Origin: Prochlorococcus sp. AG-679-M23
Lineage (GTDB): Bacteria > Cyanobacteriota > Cyanobacteriia > PCC-6307 > Cyanobiaceae
Assembly (NCBI GenBank): GCA_003208875.1
Contig: QCUR01000001.1
Location: forward strand, 64,001-128,000
Direction: 5' to 3'
DNA: 64,000 nt
This document shows, piece by piece, positions 29,121 through 38,832 of this stretch; position 1 is the first letter of the stretch, and every line of letters begins with the position of its first letter. The notes beneath the pieces were generated by a model. The model did no database searches. It saw nothing but the letters and a program-made list of their open reading frames with translations, and was not told the origin of the DNA. The position numbers and the translations under genes were made by a program.

Positions 29121-29825
29121 ATGGCTGATTGGTGGCAATGGTCTCAACAAAAAGAAGAGCAATCTCTAACTTTCGCAGTTGTAGGAGTTGGAAGATTTGG
29201 AACGGCTGTTTGTAGAGAACTTATAAGCAATGGTGTAGATGTTTTAGCTGCAGATGCTTCTGAGAAGGCTATTGATGATTTAAGACAATTAGAACCTTCT
29301 ATTGAAGCCAGAGTAATAGATTGTACTGATGAGGAATCAATGAAGGAATCAGGTATCTTAGAGATGAATACAGTTGTGGTCGGTATTAGTGAGCCTATTG
29401 AAGCAAGTATTACTACTACTCTTATTGCTAAGGATAGTGAAGGAACAAAAGTAAAAAGAGTAATTGCAAGAGCCACAAGTGATTTGCATGAAAAGATGTT
29501 AAAAAGAGTAGGTGCTGATAAGGTCGTTTTCCCTTCTAGAATGCAAGGTGAAAGGTTAGGTTTAGAACTTGTTAGACCAAATCTAATTGAAAGATTAGAA
29601 TTGGATAATCAAACTGGAATAGATGAATTAACAGTTCCAGAAGAATTTATTGGTAGATCTTTAAGAGATTTAAATTTAAGAAAAAATTATTTAGTTAACG
29701 TTCTTGCTGCTGGTCCTCCAGAACAATTAACAGTAAATCCTCCTGCGAAATATATTCTTGAGAGAGGAAATATTTTGGTAGTTATGGGGAAAACTTTAGA
29801 TTTACAAAAATTACCTCAAAATTAA
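29121..29825 (+). CDS. ktrA: Trk/Ktr potassium uptake NAD-binding subunit (KtrA/TrkA)
   Basis: GVGRFG Rossmann motif; follows ktrB. Confidence 0.92.
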   Translation: MADWWQWSQQKEEQSLTFAVVGVGRFGTAVCRELISNGVDVLAADASEKAIDDLRQLEPSIEARVIDCTDEESMKESGILEMNTVVVGISEPIEASITTTLIAKDSEGTKVKRVIARATSDLHEKMLKRVGADKVVFPSRMQGERLGLELVRPNLIERLELDNQTGIDELTVPEEFIGRSLRDLNLRKNYLVNVLAAGPPEQLTVNPPAKYILERGNILVVMGKTLDLQKLPQN

Positions 29826-30134
29826 TTATTTATTCTCGGATTTTTTCGTATATCTAATCCTTTGAGGAGCCCCTTTTAATCTTTTAATACTATGTCTTTC
29901 TAATGTATCCCGGAAATACTCGGTATTAATTGTAGTTTCTGATGTTTGTGATTTTGCTTCTCTTTTGAGACGATTTTTAATTCCTTGCTGAATTAATACC
30001 TTGGCCATATTGCTGACAGTTCTTGATTCATTCTCAGCTAAAATATTTAGTTGCTCACAAATCAATTCTGGAAGAACTACCTGTATTCTAGGGGATTTTG
30101 GCTTCCCATTAGTTGAGTTTTGGCGGGTTGCCAT
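29826..30134 (-). CDS. Ribbon-helix-helix (CopG-like) DNA-binding protein
   Basis: RIQVVLP-helix-AENESRTVSNMAKVLI strand-helix-helix pattern. Confidence 0.8.
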   Translation of the reverse strand: MATRQNSTNGKPKSPRIQVVLPELICEQLNILAENESRTVSNMAKVLIQQGIKNRLKREAKSQTSETTINTEYFRDTLERHSIKRLKGAPQRIRYTKKSENK

Positions 30135-30153
30135 TAGTCAAACTGAATAACTG

Positions 30154-30211
30154 TTACTTATTAGTATACACAGTTAGTCAAGGGTAGTATCTTTGTGTAT
30201 ATTAATAGTAA
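30154..30211. promoter_or_regulatory. Imperfect inverted repeat in divergent promoter region, putative operator
   Basis: TTACTTATTAGTATACACA (30154-30172) and TGTGTATATTAATAGTAA (30194-30211); one mismatch, one gap, 21-bp spacer. Confidence 0.55.
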
Positions 30212-30250
30212 GGATATAAGCCTTTGATTAATTTGTTCCTTGTGTAAATT

Positions 30251-30589
30251 ATGAAAAATTCAAGAAATCTTGATTCTTCTCAAAGATCAACAATTGATAA
30301 AAAGAAAAAAAAATTAATACAGTCTGAGCCTTTAAGTAACGAGAATAGTGATGTATTAGTATCTGCAGTGATCAGTCCGTATTTGTTGACACATCTGCAT
30401 CAAATTTTGCAACGTTCTGAATATTATGCTCAGAAAGATGGAAGAATATCTCATGCTGCTAATTTTGCAAAGCTTAGGAAAGTTCTATGTTTAGATGCAA
30501 GAAGTATGGCAGATGCCTCAGCCAAAGAAATAAAAGATACTGATCATGATTTTTCTATAAATAAAAATAATGAACAAAATGTAGCTTGA
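30251..30589 (+). CDS. Conserved hypothetical protein, possibly divergent RHH-like
   Basis: 112-aa ORF; VLVSAVISP...AQKDGR...NFAKL resembles the neighbouring RHH. Confidence 0.75.
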   Translation: MKNSRNLDSSQRSTIDKKKKKLIQSEPLSNENSDVLVSAVISPYLLTHLHQILQRSEYYAQKDGRISHAANFAKLRKVLCLDARSMADASAKEIKDTDHDFSINKNNEQNVA

Positions 30590-30624
30590 GGGAATAGTCT
30601 ATAGATATCAATTAATAGAAACTA

Positions 30625-30855
30625 ATGACTAGTAATGTTGAAAAACTCTACAATTTAATAGCCGATGATTCAAGAAAAAAACAAAGTTTATTTTTGATGG
30701 CTCTTAATAATCCAAAATCAGCTCTTGAAAAAATTTGCGAGATTGGTAGAGAAGTAGATATTCAGGTTACTAGAGAAGAGGTAATAGAGTATTTGTCGAC
30801 TATTGATGACGAAGCAACTAAATTATGGTTGATCAAGGCTCGAGGAGGTCTTTAG
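30625..30855 (+). CDS. Hypothetical protein, Nif11-leader-like
   Basis: 76 aa, helical, ends KARGGL. Confidence 0.7.
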   Translation: MTSNVEKLYNLIADDSRKKQSLFLMALNNPKSALEKICEIGREVDIQVTREEVIEYLSTIDDEATKLWLIKARGGL

Positions 30856-31005
30856 CAAAAGATTTTGTGTAGTTCCTTCTTTTAATGTTGGGGTTATTCT
30901 TTTGTTGTAACCTCCACCACCAGCCAATGTCCAAAAAAACCAGTAACTTGGAATTGCCAATGCTGCAGCTATGAAAATTACCACGATTTGTTCTATTCTT
31001 TTCAT
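30823..31005 (-). CDS. Small single-TM hypothetical protein
   Basis: Hydrophobic N-terminus IVVIFIAAALAIPSYWFFW; 3' end overlaps the convergent ORF by 33 bp. Confidence 0.6.
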   Translation of the reverse strand: MKRIEQIVVIFIAAALAIPSYWFFWTLAGGGGYNKRITPTLKEGTTQNLLLKTSSSLDQP

Positions 31006-31076
31006 ATAACAATTTTATTCCACAAAAATTATTTTGGTAAAAAGTCTCTAAGTTTGTAAATTCAATTTTTTTAAAA

Positions 31077-32699
31077 GTGATTAGATTTGATAATGTAAGT
31101 AAAATTTACTCTACTGATGTTGTTCTAAAAAATATTAATTGGGAAATTAGGAAGGGAGAAAAGATAGGGTTAGTTGGTTCTAATGGAGCAGGTAAATCTA
31201 CCCAGTTCAAAATCTTAATTGGAGAGGAGGATCAAACAAGTGGACTTGTTCATAAAGAAGGAAGTCCCAAAATTTCCCACTTAAAACAGGAATTGGATTG
31301 TAATTTAAATCGAACAGTCAGAGAAGAGTTAGAAAGTTCTTTTAAAGATATTCAAGTAGTTTCAAATAAACTTCTAGAGATTGAAAATGAAATGAAATTT
31401 TTAGAAATTAGTAAAGACTCTGAAAAACTTGATCATCTTGTAAATCAACTAGCCAAATTTCAAGAAAAGTTTGAAGTTTTAGGTGGCTATCAAATGCAGG
31501 CAGACGTAGAGAAGATACTGCCAAAACTAGGTTTTTCTCAGGATGATGCAGACAAATTGGTAGGTAATTTTTCTGGGGGTTGGCAAATGAAAGTTGCTCT
31601 TGGAAAAATTATTTTGCAAAAACCTGATTTACTTTTACTCGATGAGCCAACTAATCATTTAGATTTGGAAACAATTTTTTGGCTAGAGGAATATTTAATA
31701 TCTCTAAAAATATCCATCATATTAATTAGTCATGATCGATATTTTTTAGATAAACTATGTAAAAAAATTATTTTTATAGAAAGAGGAATTTCTGAAACAT
31801 ATAATGGGAATTATTCTTTTTTTATTGAACAAAAGTCTTTAAATGAAGCAACTCAAATTAAAGCTTTTGAGTTGCAGCAAAAAGAGATTGAAACACAAAA
31901 AAAGTATATTGAAAGATTTCGAGCTAGTGCGACAAGGAGTACTCAAGCTAAAAGTAGGGAGAAGCAATTAAAAAAGATTGTAAAAATTGATGCACCTATT
32001 TCAAGACTAAAAAGTCCTTCTTTTAATTTTCCTGAGTGTCCGCGTTCTGGTAAATTAGTTCTTCAAATTAAGAATTTATCTCATAGTTTTGAAGAAAAAA
32101 TACTATTATTTGATGTCAATTTAAAGGTTTCTGCAGGAGAAAAAATAGCAATTTTAGGTCCTAATGGATGTGGTAAATCTACTTTGTTTAAGTTGATTAT
32201 GAAAAAAATAGAACCTGAAATAGGAGAAGTTAATTTAGGTAAACATAATATAATTACAAGTTATTATGAGCAAAATCAGGCTGCAGCACTTGCTGTTGAA
32301 AAACAGGTTATTGATTTAATATATTCAAAAGCACCAGATTGGTCTCAACAAAAAGTAAGGACATTCTTAGGAAGTTTTGGCTTTCATAATGATGCTGTTT
32401 TTAAACATGTTCAACAACTTAGTGGTGGCGAAAAAGCTAGATTAGCATTGGCTTTGATGATAATGAATCCAAGCAATTTTTTACTTCTTGATGAACCTAC
32501 AAATCATTTAGATTTACAATCGAAAGAGAATTTGGAACTAGCAATAAATAATTATACTGGAACAGTATTTATTATTTCGCATGATAGATATTTTATTTCT
32601 AAAGTTGCAAATAGAATTATTGAAATTAAAGACTCGAAATTATTATCTTTTAATGGTAATTATGAATATTTTTTAGAGAAGAAAAGAAGTACAAAATAA
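31077..32699 (+). CDS. ABC-F family ATPase (tandem ABC domains, no TM)
   Basis: GSNGAGKST, FSGGWQMK, DEPTNHLD twice, [17 protein letters not shown]. Confidence 0.94.
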   Translation: MIRFDNVSKIYSTDVVLKNINWEIRKGEKIGLVGSNGAGKSTQFKILIGEEDQTSGLVHKEGSPKISHLKQELDCNLNRTVREELESSFKDIQVVSNKLLEIENEMKFLEISKDSEKLDHLVNQLAKFQEKFEVLGGYQMQADVEKILPKLGFSQDDADKLVGNFSGGWQMKVALGKIILQKPDLLLLDEPTNHLDLETIFWLEEYLISLKISIILISHDRYFLDKLCKKIIFIERGISETYNGNYSFFIEQKSLNEATQIKAFELQQKEIETQKKYIERFRASATRSTQAKSREKQLKKIVKIDAPISRLKSPSFNFPECPRSGKLVLQIKNLSHSFEEKILLFDVNLKVSAGEKIAILGPNGCGKSTLFKLIMKKIEPEIGEVNLGKHNIITSYYEQNQAAALAVEKQVIDLIYSKAPDWSQQKVRTFLGSFGFHNDAVFKHVQQLSGGEKARLALALMIMNPSNFLLLDEPTNHLDLQSKENLELAINNYTGTVFIISHDRYFISKVANRIIEIKDSKLLSFNGNYEYFLEKKRSTK

Positions 32700-32868
32700 C
32701 TATTTATGTTTATCTTTTAAATATTTTATTCTTGTTTATTTTTTTAGTTTTGAAGAATAGCTTTTAGAAAACTTTACAATCCTCTAGGCAAGATCACTTA
32801 TTTATCTTTACAGACTTCATAACTTTGATTAATGTAAGAATTACGAATTTGTTTTATCGAGAATACTT

Positions 32869-33012
32869 ATGAAAAAGTATGATTTAAAAGAAAGTAAATA
32901 TGTTACTTCTGATCCAGTAGAAAGTTATTTTGAGTGTATTTCTAGTTGTGATATTTCTGATGGTATTTGTATCTCTCAATGTGTAGAAATACTCAGAGAT
33001 GATGAAGGTTAA
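32869..33012 (+). CDS. Small acidic cysteine-rich protein (47 aa, twin CxxxC), missed by ORF track
   Basis: Hand translation MKKYDLKESKYVTSDPVESYFECISSCDISDGICISQCVEILRDDEG. Confidence 0.7.
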   Translation: MKKYDLKESKYVTSDPVESYFECISSCDISDGICISQCVEILRDDEG

Positions 33013-33020
33013 AAAATTTT

Positions 33021-34169
33021 TTATTTTGTTAAATTAGTAATATCTATAGGTTTAACTTTTAATTTAATAATTTTATTTTTTCTTTTTAAGGTTATATTTA
33101 TAAATTTATTAATTCCGTTGTTACTTATTTCATTGATAACATCTGAAGAATTATTAATATTTGTTTTCCCTACTTTTAGGATTATGTCATTAATAAAGAT
33201 TCCGCTCTTTGCAGCAGGGCTATTTGGGACAACGTATCCTACTTTTACAATACTTTCATTCGTCTCAAAATAATTTTCGTCTATTAAGTTGATTCCAATC
33301 ATGGGATGTATTACTTTTCCATTTTTTATTAGTTGTGAAGCGATATTTTTAGCTTTATTTATTGGGATTGCAAAACTTAAGCCTGCCCCAGGGCCTGATC
33401 TAATAAGAGTATTAATACCAATAACTTCTCCCTTACTATTTAATAATGGACCCCCAGAATTGCCAGGGTTTATTGCTGCATCTGTCTGAATTAATTCAAA
33501 CTTTTTATCATATATTCCTAATTGTGAGACATTTCTATTTAAGTTACTAATTATTCCTAGGGTTACTGTATTTTCTAGTCCAAATGGATTACCAACAGCT
33601 ATTGCCCAATCACCAACTTCAATTTTTGTTGAATCACCTAACTTTGCTTTTGGCCAAGGTCCTTTCCCTTCAAGCTTGATAATAGCTAAATCAGTAAGTA
33701 AATCTTGTCCTATTAACTTCCCTTTATATTTTTTTCCATTTGATAAACCAACTATCAACTTTTGTGATTTATTAACAACATGTGCATTAGTCATTACGAG
33801 ACCATCTCCGAATATAAAGCCGCTTCCTTGGCTCTGTTCTATCCGTGGTTGATTTTCAGGAGGTAATTGTAAGCCGAAGAATCTTTCAAAATACGGATCT
33901 AAGAATATTCTTGAATCTCTAGAAAATTGTCTATTTTCAACAAATCGTTGAGTGTCAATAGTTACTACTGAAGCCCCTGTTTTCTTTACTGCTTTTGTTA
34001 TGAAAGATATATTTGAAATTTTAGATTCTTCATTAAGATTTTGATTTACTATGGGCTGAGATATTACATTTGATTTATTAATTAGGCCAACTGTTAAAAA
34101 GGATAGGAAGAATAGTTTTTTAAAAGAGAATTTTATAAATTTTACTTTTGTGATTGTCTTTGAAAACAT
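33021..34169 (-). CDS. HtrA/DegP-like serine protease with PDZ domain
   Basis: GSGFI, TNAHVV, DLAII, QTDAAINPGNSGGPL. Confidence 0.95.
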   Translation of the reverse strand: MFSKTITKVKFIKFSFKKLFFLSFLTVGLINKSNVISQPIVNQNLNEESKISNISFITKAVKKTGASVVTIDTQRFVENRQFSRDSRIFLDPYFERFFGLQLPPENQPRIEQSQGSGFIFGDGLVMTNAHVVNKSQKLIVGLSNGKKYKGKLIGQDLLTDLAIIKLEGKGPWPKAKLGDSTKIEVGDWAIAVGNPFGLENTVTLGIISNLNRNVSQLGIYDKKFELIQTDAAINPGNSGGPLLNSKGEVIGINTLIRSGPGAGLSFAIPINKAKNIASQLIKNGKVIHPMIGINLIDENYFETNESIVKVGYVVPNSPAAKSGIFINDIILKVGKTNINNSSDVINEISNNGINKFINITLKRKNKIIKLKVKPIDITNLTK

Positions 34170-34317
34170 TGGTTTATAATTTATTATTTATGTTAGTGAT
34201 AATTACACAAATCGCTAAAATTATTTGGTAAATAGAAGAATATCTTTCTTGAAATTAGCTAAATTTATTTTTTTCGAGCTATTATAGATTTTAAGTAATA
34301 ATGAATTAATAAACTTA

Positions 34318-34581
34318 ATGTCTTTCTTATTTCCAATAGTTTATTCAGCTGCTCTAACCTATTTAGTTTGGAAGGCTTTTAAAGTAATGTCAAACGGTTG
34401 GGGAGCACTTGATAAACAGCCAAATAGATCTTACAAAACAAATATCAAAGAAAAGAAATATACCATCCATCCTGAACTTCTTGATAAATCTGGAAATATA
34501 ACTCAAGAAGAATTACTTACAGTAAGGTTTTCTAATGATACAGATTCAACTCTGGAAGAAAAGGGAACTACAACTGATTAA
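34318..34581 (+). CDS. DUF2973-like membrane protein
   Basis: N-terminal TM, IHPELLDKSGNIT.EELLTVRF. Confidence 0.75.
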   Translation: MSFLFPIVYSAALTYLVWKAFKVMSNGWGALDKQPNRSYKTNIKEKKYTIHPELLDKSGNITQEELLTVRFSNDTDSTLEEKGTTTD

Positions 34582-34612
34582 ATTCATTAAGTAAATTTAT
34601 AAGGATAAAAAT

Positions 34613-34996
34613 TTGGAATTAAGAACAAAGATTGTCTCCGGAGTTATTAGATCACTCAAGTTACCGCCTAGGTTCCGTCTTAAAATGGTTAAAGAAGATC
34701 CTGTCAGACTAGAATTAAGTCTAACTCCTTCTTATGGAAAAAATCCAGTAATAGTTGGAATAGTTGAGTCTCTGGATTTAGTTGCTAGGAGAGATAGAGA
34801 GGGAAGAATGCCAAGAGATTTACAAGGAACTTGGGATTGGACTGTAAGACATGGGAAAGTAAGCACTGGTGGTTGGAACCCAATGCTTAAAGAAGCTCTC
34901 CAAACTATGTTTGAAACTGGCTTGCCTGCGATAATATATGAAGAATTAACTGGAGACGAGTACAAGCCAGTAGATGGAATAAGACATGTTAGATAA
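34613..34996 (+). CDS. Conserved hypothetical protein
   Basis: 127-aa ORF co-oriented between DUF2973 gene and hli; TTG start. Confidence 0.75.
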   Translation: MELRTKIVSGVIRSLKLPPRFRLKMVKEDPVRLELSLTPSYGKNPVIVGIVESLDLVARRDREGRMPRDLQGTWDWTVRHGKVSTGGWNPMLKEALQTMFETGLPAIIYEELTGDEYKPVDGIRHVR

Positions 34997-35064
34997 ATCA
35001 TGAATTTTTTACATAAATTCAACCTTCAAACGCTAAAATATAATTACTTTTGGATTAAATTATT

Positions 35065-35211
35065 ATGAATGAGGATAATCAACCAAGATTTGGTTTTGTC
35101 AACTTTGCTGAAACTTGGAATGGCAGAATGGCCATGATGGGAATATTGATAGGTTTAGGTACAGAATTAATTACAGGACAAAGTATTCTAAGACAAATTG
35201 GGATTGGTTAA
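35065..35211 (+). CDS. hli: High-light-inducible protein (48 aa), missed by ORF track
   Basis: Hand translation MNEDNQPRFGFVNFAETWNGRMAMMGILIGLGTELITGQSILRQIGIG. Confidence 0.93.
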   Translation: MNEDNQPRFGFVNFAETWNGRMAMMGILIGLGTELITGQSILRQIGIG

Positions 35212-35240
35212 TTTTTTCACAAGAAGTATTTTAAGAATCA

Positions 35241-35567
35241 TCATTTGATTTCTTCTGCTTTTACTTCAATTGTAGTTTCACTAGGGTTTTGCAAACTTTC
35301 AGAGGTTTTTAAATTTGTATCTTTTAAATCTGCACCACAATTCATGCAGGTATTGTTAATTCCTAAAGTTATAGTGCCACATTGATTACAAGTATTTACT
35401 TTTGACTTTAAGGAATTAAAACTTATCAATAAAACAAAAAGTATTAAAAGAGCAATTAAAAATAAAAGTAATAAAATATTTCCTACAAGACTTAAAAAAA
35501 AGTTAAATCCAAAAAGGGCAATGAATATAAATAAAATTAAAGTATAAGTAACTAAATTTTTGTTCAT
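35241..35567 (-). CDS. Membrane protein with zinc-ribbon (CxxC-x10-CxxC)
   Basis: Two TM helices followed by CNQC...CMNC. Confidence 0.8.
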   Translation of the reverse strand: MNKNLVTYTLILFIFIALFGFNFFLSLVGNILLLLFLIALLILFVLLISFNSLKSKVNTCNQCGTITLGINNTCMNCGADLKDTNLKTSESLQNPSETTIEVKAEEIK

Positions 35568-35600
35568 TTTAGAAAAAGATACATTTCATTTTTTTAGGAA

Positions 35601-36512
35601 TTAATTTTTTCTTTTCCTGCTTGTTAAAGACATACTAGCTATAACTACACTCCAACATTGTCCAAAATATAAAATAACTCCTAATAACCATACCCATAAA
35701 GTTAGTACTAAAAAACCTCCAATAAAACCATATGCTTGAAACCTTGCCCCAAGGGAAAGAATACTTTTACTAACTGCTAGATTAAGAGTAGTTAGTCCAA
35801 TTCCAATCAGAATTGAACCAGGTATTAGTGGTTTTAAAGGAACTTTTCTACTCGGCAATAGTGCTTGAAGTAATAAAGCCATTAATGAAAATCCCACAAG
35901 TGGTAAAGCAAATTGACCAACTTGTAAGAGTGGTAATTTCATAATGAATTCAGAAACAAAATTACTAGAATTTGATATTTTTTCTAAAACATTAGTTGGA
36001 ATCATTCTGAGATTTGCACTGATTTGATCTAATACCATTAAAAAACCTATAAAAAATACTATTAAGAAAGCTTCAATTCTGTTCCTAAGAAATCTTGATG
36101 CTTGCTCTTGCCAGGCAGAGTTTATTCTTCTTGAAGGTAGCTCGTCTTCCCAAAGCCTATCTGAACCTCTTTGAAGTGATAAGTAAGCGTTGCCAGCAGT
36201 AAATAGTAAAAACATAGCTCCTAAAATACCTGCTCCAAAGCCTTGGTCAATTAATTTAAATAATGTTGTTTCAACTAATTCAACAACCGATGGAGGTAAA
36301 ATTTGAGCGGCAACAGATATTATTTGTTGATCTAAACCATCTTGTTTACCTAGAAACCAGGAAGCTATTGAAAGAGAAATAAGGAGTATTGGAAAGAATG
36401 ACTGAAGTGTGTAATAAGCAAAAGCAGCGCTTAAATCAATACAATCTGATTTACTCCATCTTTCACAAGCTCCCCATAAACTTTTAATAATCCATGTTGT
36501 ACTGCGCTGCAT
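35601..36512 (-). CDS. YihY/virulence factor BrkB family membrane protein
   Basis: SAAFAYYTLQSFFP; YGFIGGFLVLTLWVW; start placed at ATG 36512. Confidence 0.9.
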   Translation of the reverse strand: MQRSTTWIIKSLWGACERWSKSDCIDLSAAFAYYTLQSFFPILLISLSIASWFLGKQDGLDQQIISVAAQILPPSVVELVETTLFKLIDQGFGAGILGAMFLLFTAGNAYLSLQRGSDRLWEDELPSRRINSAWQEQASRFLRNRIEAFLIVFFIGFLMVLDQISANLRMIPTNVLEKISNSSNFVSEFIMKLPLLQVGQFALPLVGFSLMALLLQALLPSRKVPLKPLIPGSILIGIGLTTLNLAVSKSILSLGARFQAYGFIGGFLVLTLWVWLLGVILYFGQCWSVVIASMSLTSRKRKN

Positions 36513-36601
36513 ATTAATTCTCTTCAAATACTTATCCCAAAATCTTTTTTATTGTATCCAATAGGGATATTTTTCAAGTCTTTTATATATTTATGATGCA
36601 A

Positions 36602-37399
36602 CTAATTATCCAATAATAAATTACCCCATGGTCTTAATACTTTCATTTTTTCTTTTGTTCTAGAGGCAATTAATGGGAAATTAGTATCTTGTAAATCTTG
36701 TTTTGCAGTTAAATGCATAGGGTTTATTTCTAACCATTCAATTGAACAATTTAGCTCCTCAAGTAATAGCCATGCTGCCGCAATGTCCCATATTTTAGGA
36801 GTCGATTCTATTGCTCCAAAAGTTTGTCCCATTGCAACGCTTGTTAAATTTAAACTGGATACACCAAGAAGTCTTATTTTCCCAGGAAATATAGAGCTAG
36901 GATTTTTTTGTAAAATTTTAATAGATCTACTGCATAAAGACACGCATTCACTTTTTTGATTATTATTAACCTCAATTTTCTTGTTGTTAAGCCAAACACC
37001 TTCTCCTTTGATGGCTACAAATTTTTTCTTTAATGTAGGAATGATTAAAAAAGAAGATTGAGGGGCTCCATCCACAAATCTTGCTACCGAAATAGACCAA
37101 TATGGAATTCCTGCAGCAAAATTTGTCGTCCCATCAAGAGGATCTACTATCCAATAAGCATTTGTATCAGGAACTAACTTTCCTCCCTCTTCACTAAGAA
37201 CCCCTTCATTCGGAGCAATTTTAGATAGAGCCTCTACTATAGTTTTATCGCTCCATAAATCACAACTTGTTATTAATGAACCATCTGACTTGTTGCTAGC
37301 ACTGATGTTTCCAAAATCTTTTAATTGGCGATCACTAACCAATTCAAACAAAGATTCTAAATCTTTTAACTGAAGACTGGTTAAATTATTTTGATTCAT
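36602..37399 (-). CDS. Inositol monophosphatase family protein
   Basis: SEE, WIVDPLDGTTNF, WDIAAA; start placed at ATG 37399. Confidence 0.92.
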   Translation of the reverse strand: MNQNNLTSLQLKDLESLFELVSDRQLKDFGNISASNKSDGSLITSCDLWSDKTIVEALSKIAPNEGVLSEEGGKLVPDTNAYWIVDPLDGTTNFAAGIPYWSISVARFVDGAPQSSFLIIPTLKKKFVAIKGEGVWLNNKKIEVNNNQKSECVSLCSRSIKILQKNPSSIFPGKIRLLGVSSLNLTSVAMGQTFGAIESTPKIWDIAAAWLLLEELNCSIEWLEINPMHLTAKQDLQDTNFPLIASRTKEKMKVLRPWGNLLLDN

Positions 37400-37401
37400 A
37401 T

Positions 37402-38832
37402 TCAGATATTGCAAATAGATTGAATGTCATTTTTGATAAGATTATTTTTCTCGTTACAAATATTACTTATTTCAAGAAAAGTAAATCTTACTAATTCATC
37501 TAAATTTAAATTGTAATTATAAATTGAATCAATTTTTTTTGAATTAGCATTACTTAACTCTTTTTGTCTTATAAGAACATCTTTTAGTGTAGATATTCCT
37601 ACGTCATATCTTAATCTTGCTAATCTTAAGGATTCTTCTGTAGAAGAGATTTCTTTTAGAGATGAAAGAATTTTTTCTTCATTTAATTTTAAATTCAAAT
37701 AGGCTTTACTGATATTTGTCTTTAAAACATTTTCAAGATTTTTATAGGAGTAATCCTCCGATTTTGCATCAGCTTTGCTTGATTTATATAAATTTTTATT
37801 TTGACCGCCGTCAAAAATATTCCAACCAAAATTTAAGCTTACAGTATTTGTATATGAAGATCCAGATTTTTCAGGGTCTATTTTGACTGACAATGAATCA
37901 CCCTTAGAAAACGAACTAGTAAACGTATTACTTAGGTAAACATTTGGCTTGTAAACATTCAAATAATTCTTAGCTTGATTTTCTTTGATTGATTTTTTTA
38001 GATTAATATTTTTGAGGGAAAGGCTATTTACTAAACCCTCATTAATATTCTTGTTTAATTTATGGTTCCAGAAACCTATTAATTTTTGCTTTTGATTAAT
38101 CTCGAAGTCCCCATTTATATTTAAGATTTCTTTTAGTGCAATTTTATTAATCTGATTCTGAATTTTTTTCTCATTTAGTGATTGCTTATCTCTAGATAAT
38201 TGTGCTTCAGCTTCAAGAACCTCAAATTTTGTTCCTATCCCTGCATCAAATTTTGACTGAGCATCTTTCAAACTAGTAATTGATAAATCAAGAGATAATT
38301 TTTTGTTTTTAATATCCTGATAAGACTTTTGTAGTTTGTGATATCTAGATTTTGCCTCTTTTATTAGATCTTTCTTTTTAATCTCATAATTATTTTTAGC
38401 TATTTCGTAATTATTTCTAGCTATTTTAATTTCAGATCCCCTTAGAGGGTCTATTAAGTCTAACTTAATATTAAGGGATGGATTTGCTGAAAATTGCGAA
38501 GTTTTTGTAGTCGATGAACTACTGTTATAATTTTTGCCTGAAACATATTTAGGTAATCCACTGGCTTGCAAATCTAATGAGGGATATCTTTTAGCGATTT
38601 TGCTCGAAAGAGTAAACGTTGTTGAATTGACTAAACTTTCTAATGCTTTAAGTTCTTGATTATTCTTTAGAGTAATATTACCTATTTCTGAATAATTAAG
38701 GAATATTTGGTTTTCGTTTTCTTGAAGGATTTCTTCAATATTATTATTGACCTTGCTTAATAGTGCTTCTTGAGAATTAATATACAAACAAAAAGGCAAA
38801 ACTAAAATTGGATGTATAAGTTTTCTAAGCAT
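37402..38832 (-). CDS. tolC: TolC family outer membrane efflux protein
   Basis: Signal peptide, YPSLDL, FDAGIGTKFEVLEAE, WNIFDGG, YDVGISTLKDVL. Confidence 0.88.
   Translation of the reverse strand: MLRKLIHPILVLPFCLYINSQEALLSKVNNNIEEILQENENQIFLNYSEIGNITLKNNQELKALESLVNSTTFTLSSKIAKRYPSLDLQASGLPKYVSGKNYNSSSSTTKTSQFSANPSLNIKLDLIDPLRGSEIKIARNNYEIAKNNYEIKKKDLIKEAKSRYHKLQKSYQDIKNKKLSLDLSITSLKDAQSKFDAGIGTKFEVLEAEAQLSRDKQSLNEKKIQNQINKIALKEILNINGDFEINQKQKLIGFWNHKLNKNINEGLVNSLSLKNINLKKSIKENQAKNYLNVYKPNVYLSNTFTSSFSKGDSLSVKIDPEKSGSSYTNTVSLNFGWNIFDGGQNKNLYKSSKADAKSEDYSYKNLENVLKTNISKAYLNLKLNEEKILSSLKEISSTEESLRLARLRYDVGISTLKDVLIRQKELSNANSKKIDSIYNYNLNLDELVRFTFLEISNICNEKNNLIKNDIQSICNI

Noticed and set aside
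1057..29476. Antisense shadow ORFs (e.g. 1057-1296, 2304-2540, 10054-10275, 16063-16293, 20808-21125, 21315-21827, 25854-26312, 28484-28894, 29144-29476)
   Set aside because: They lie opposite well-supported genes and show no motifs
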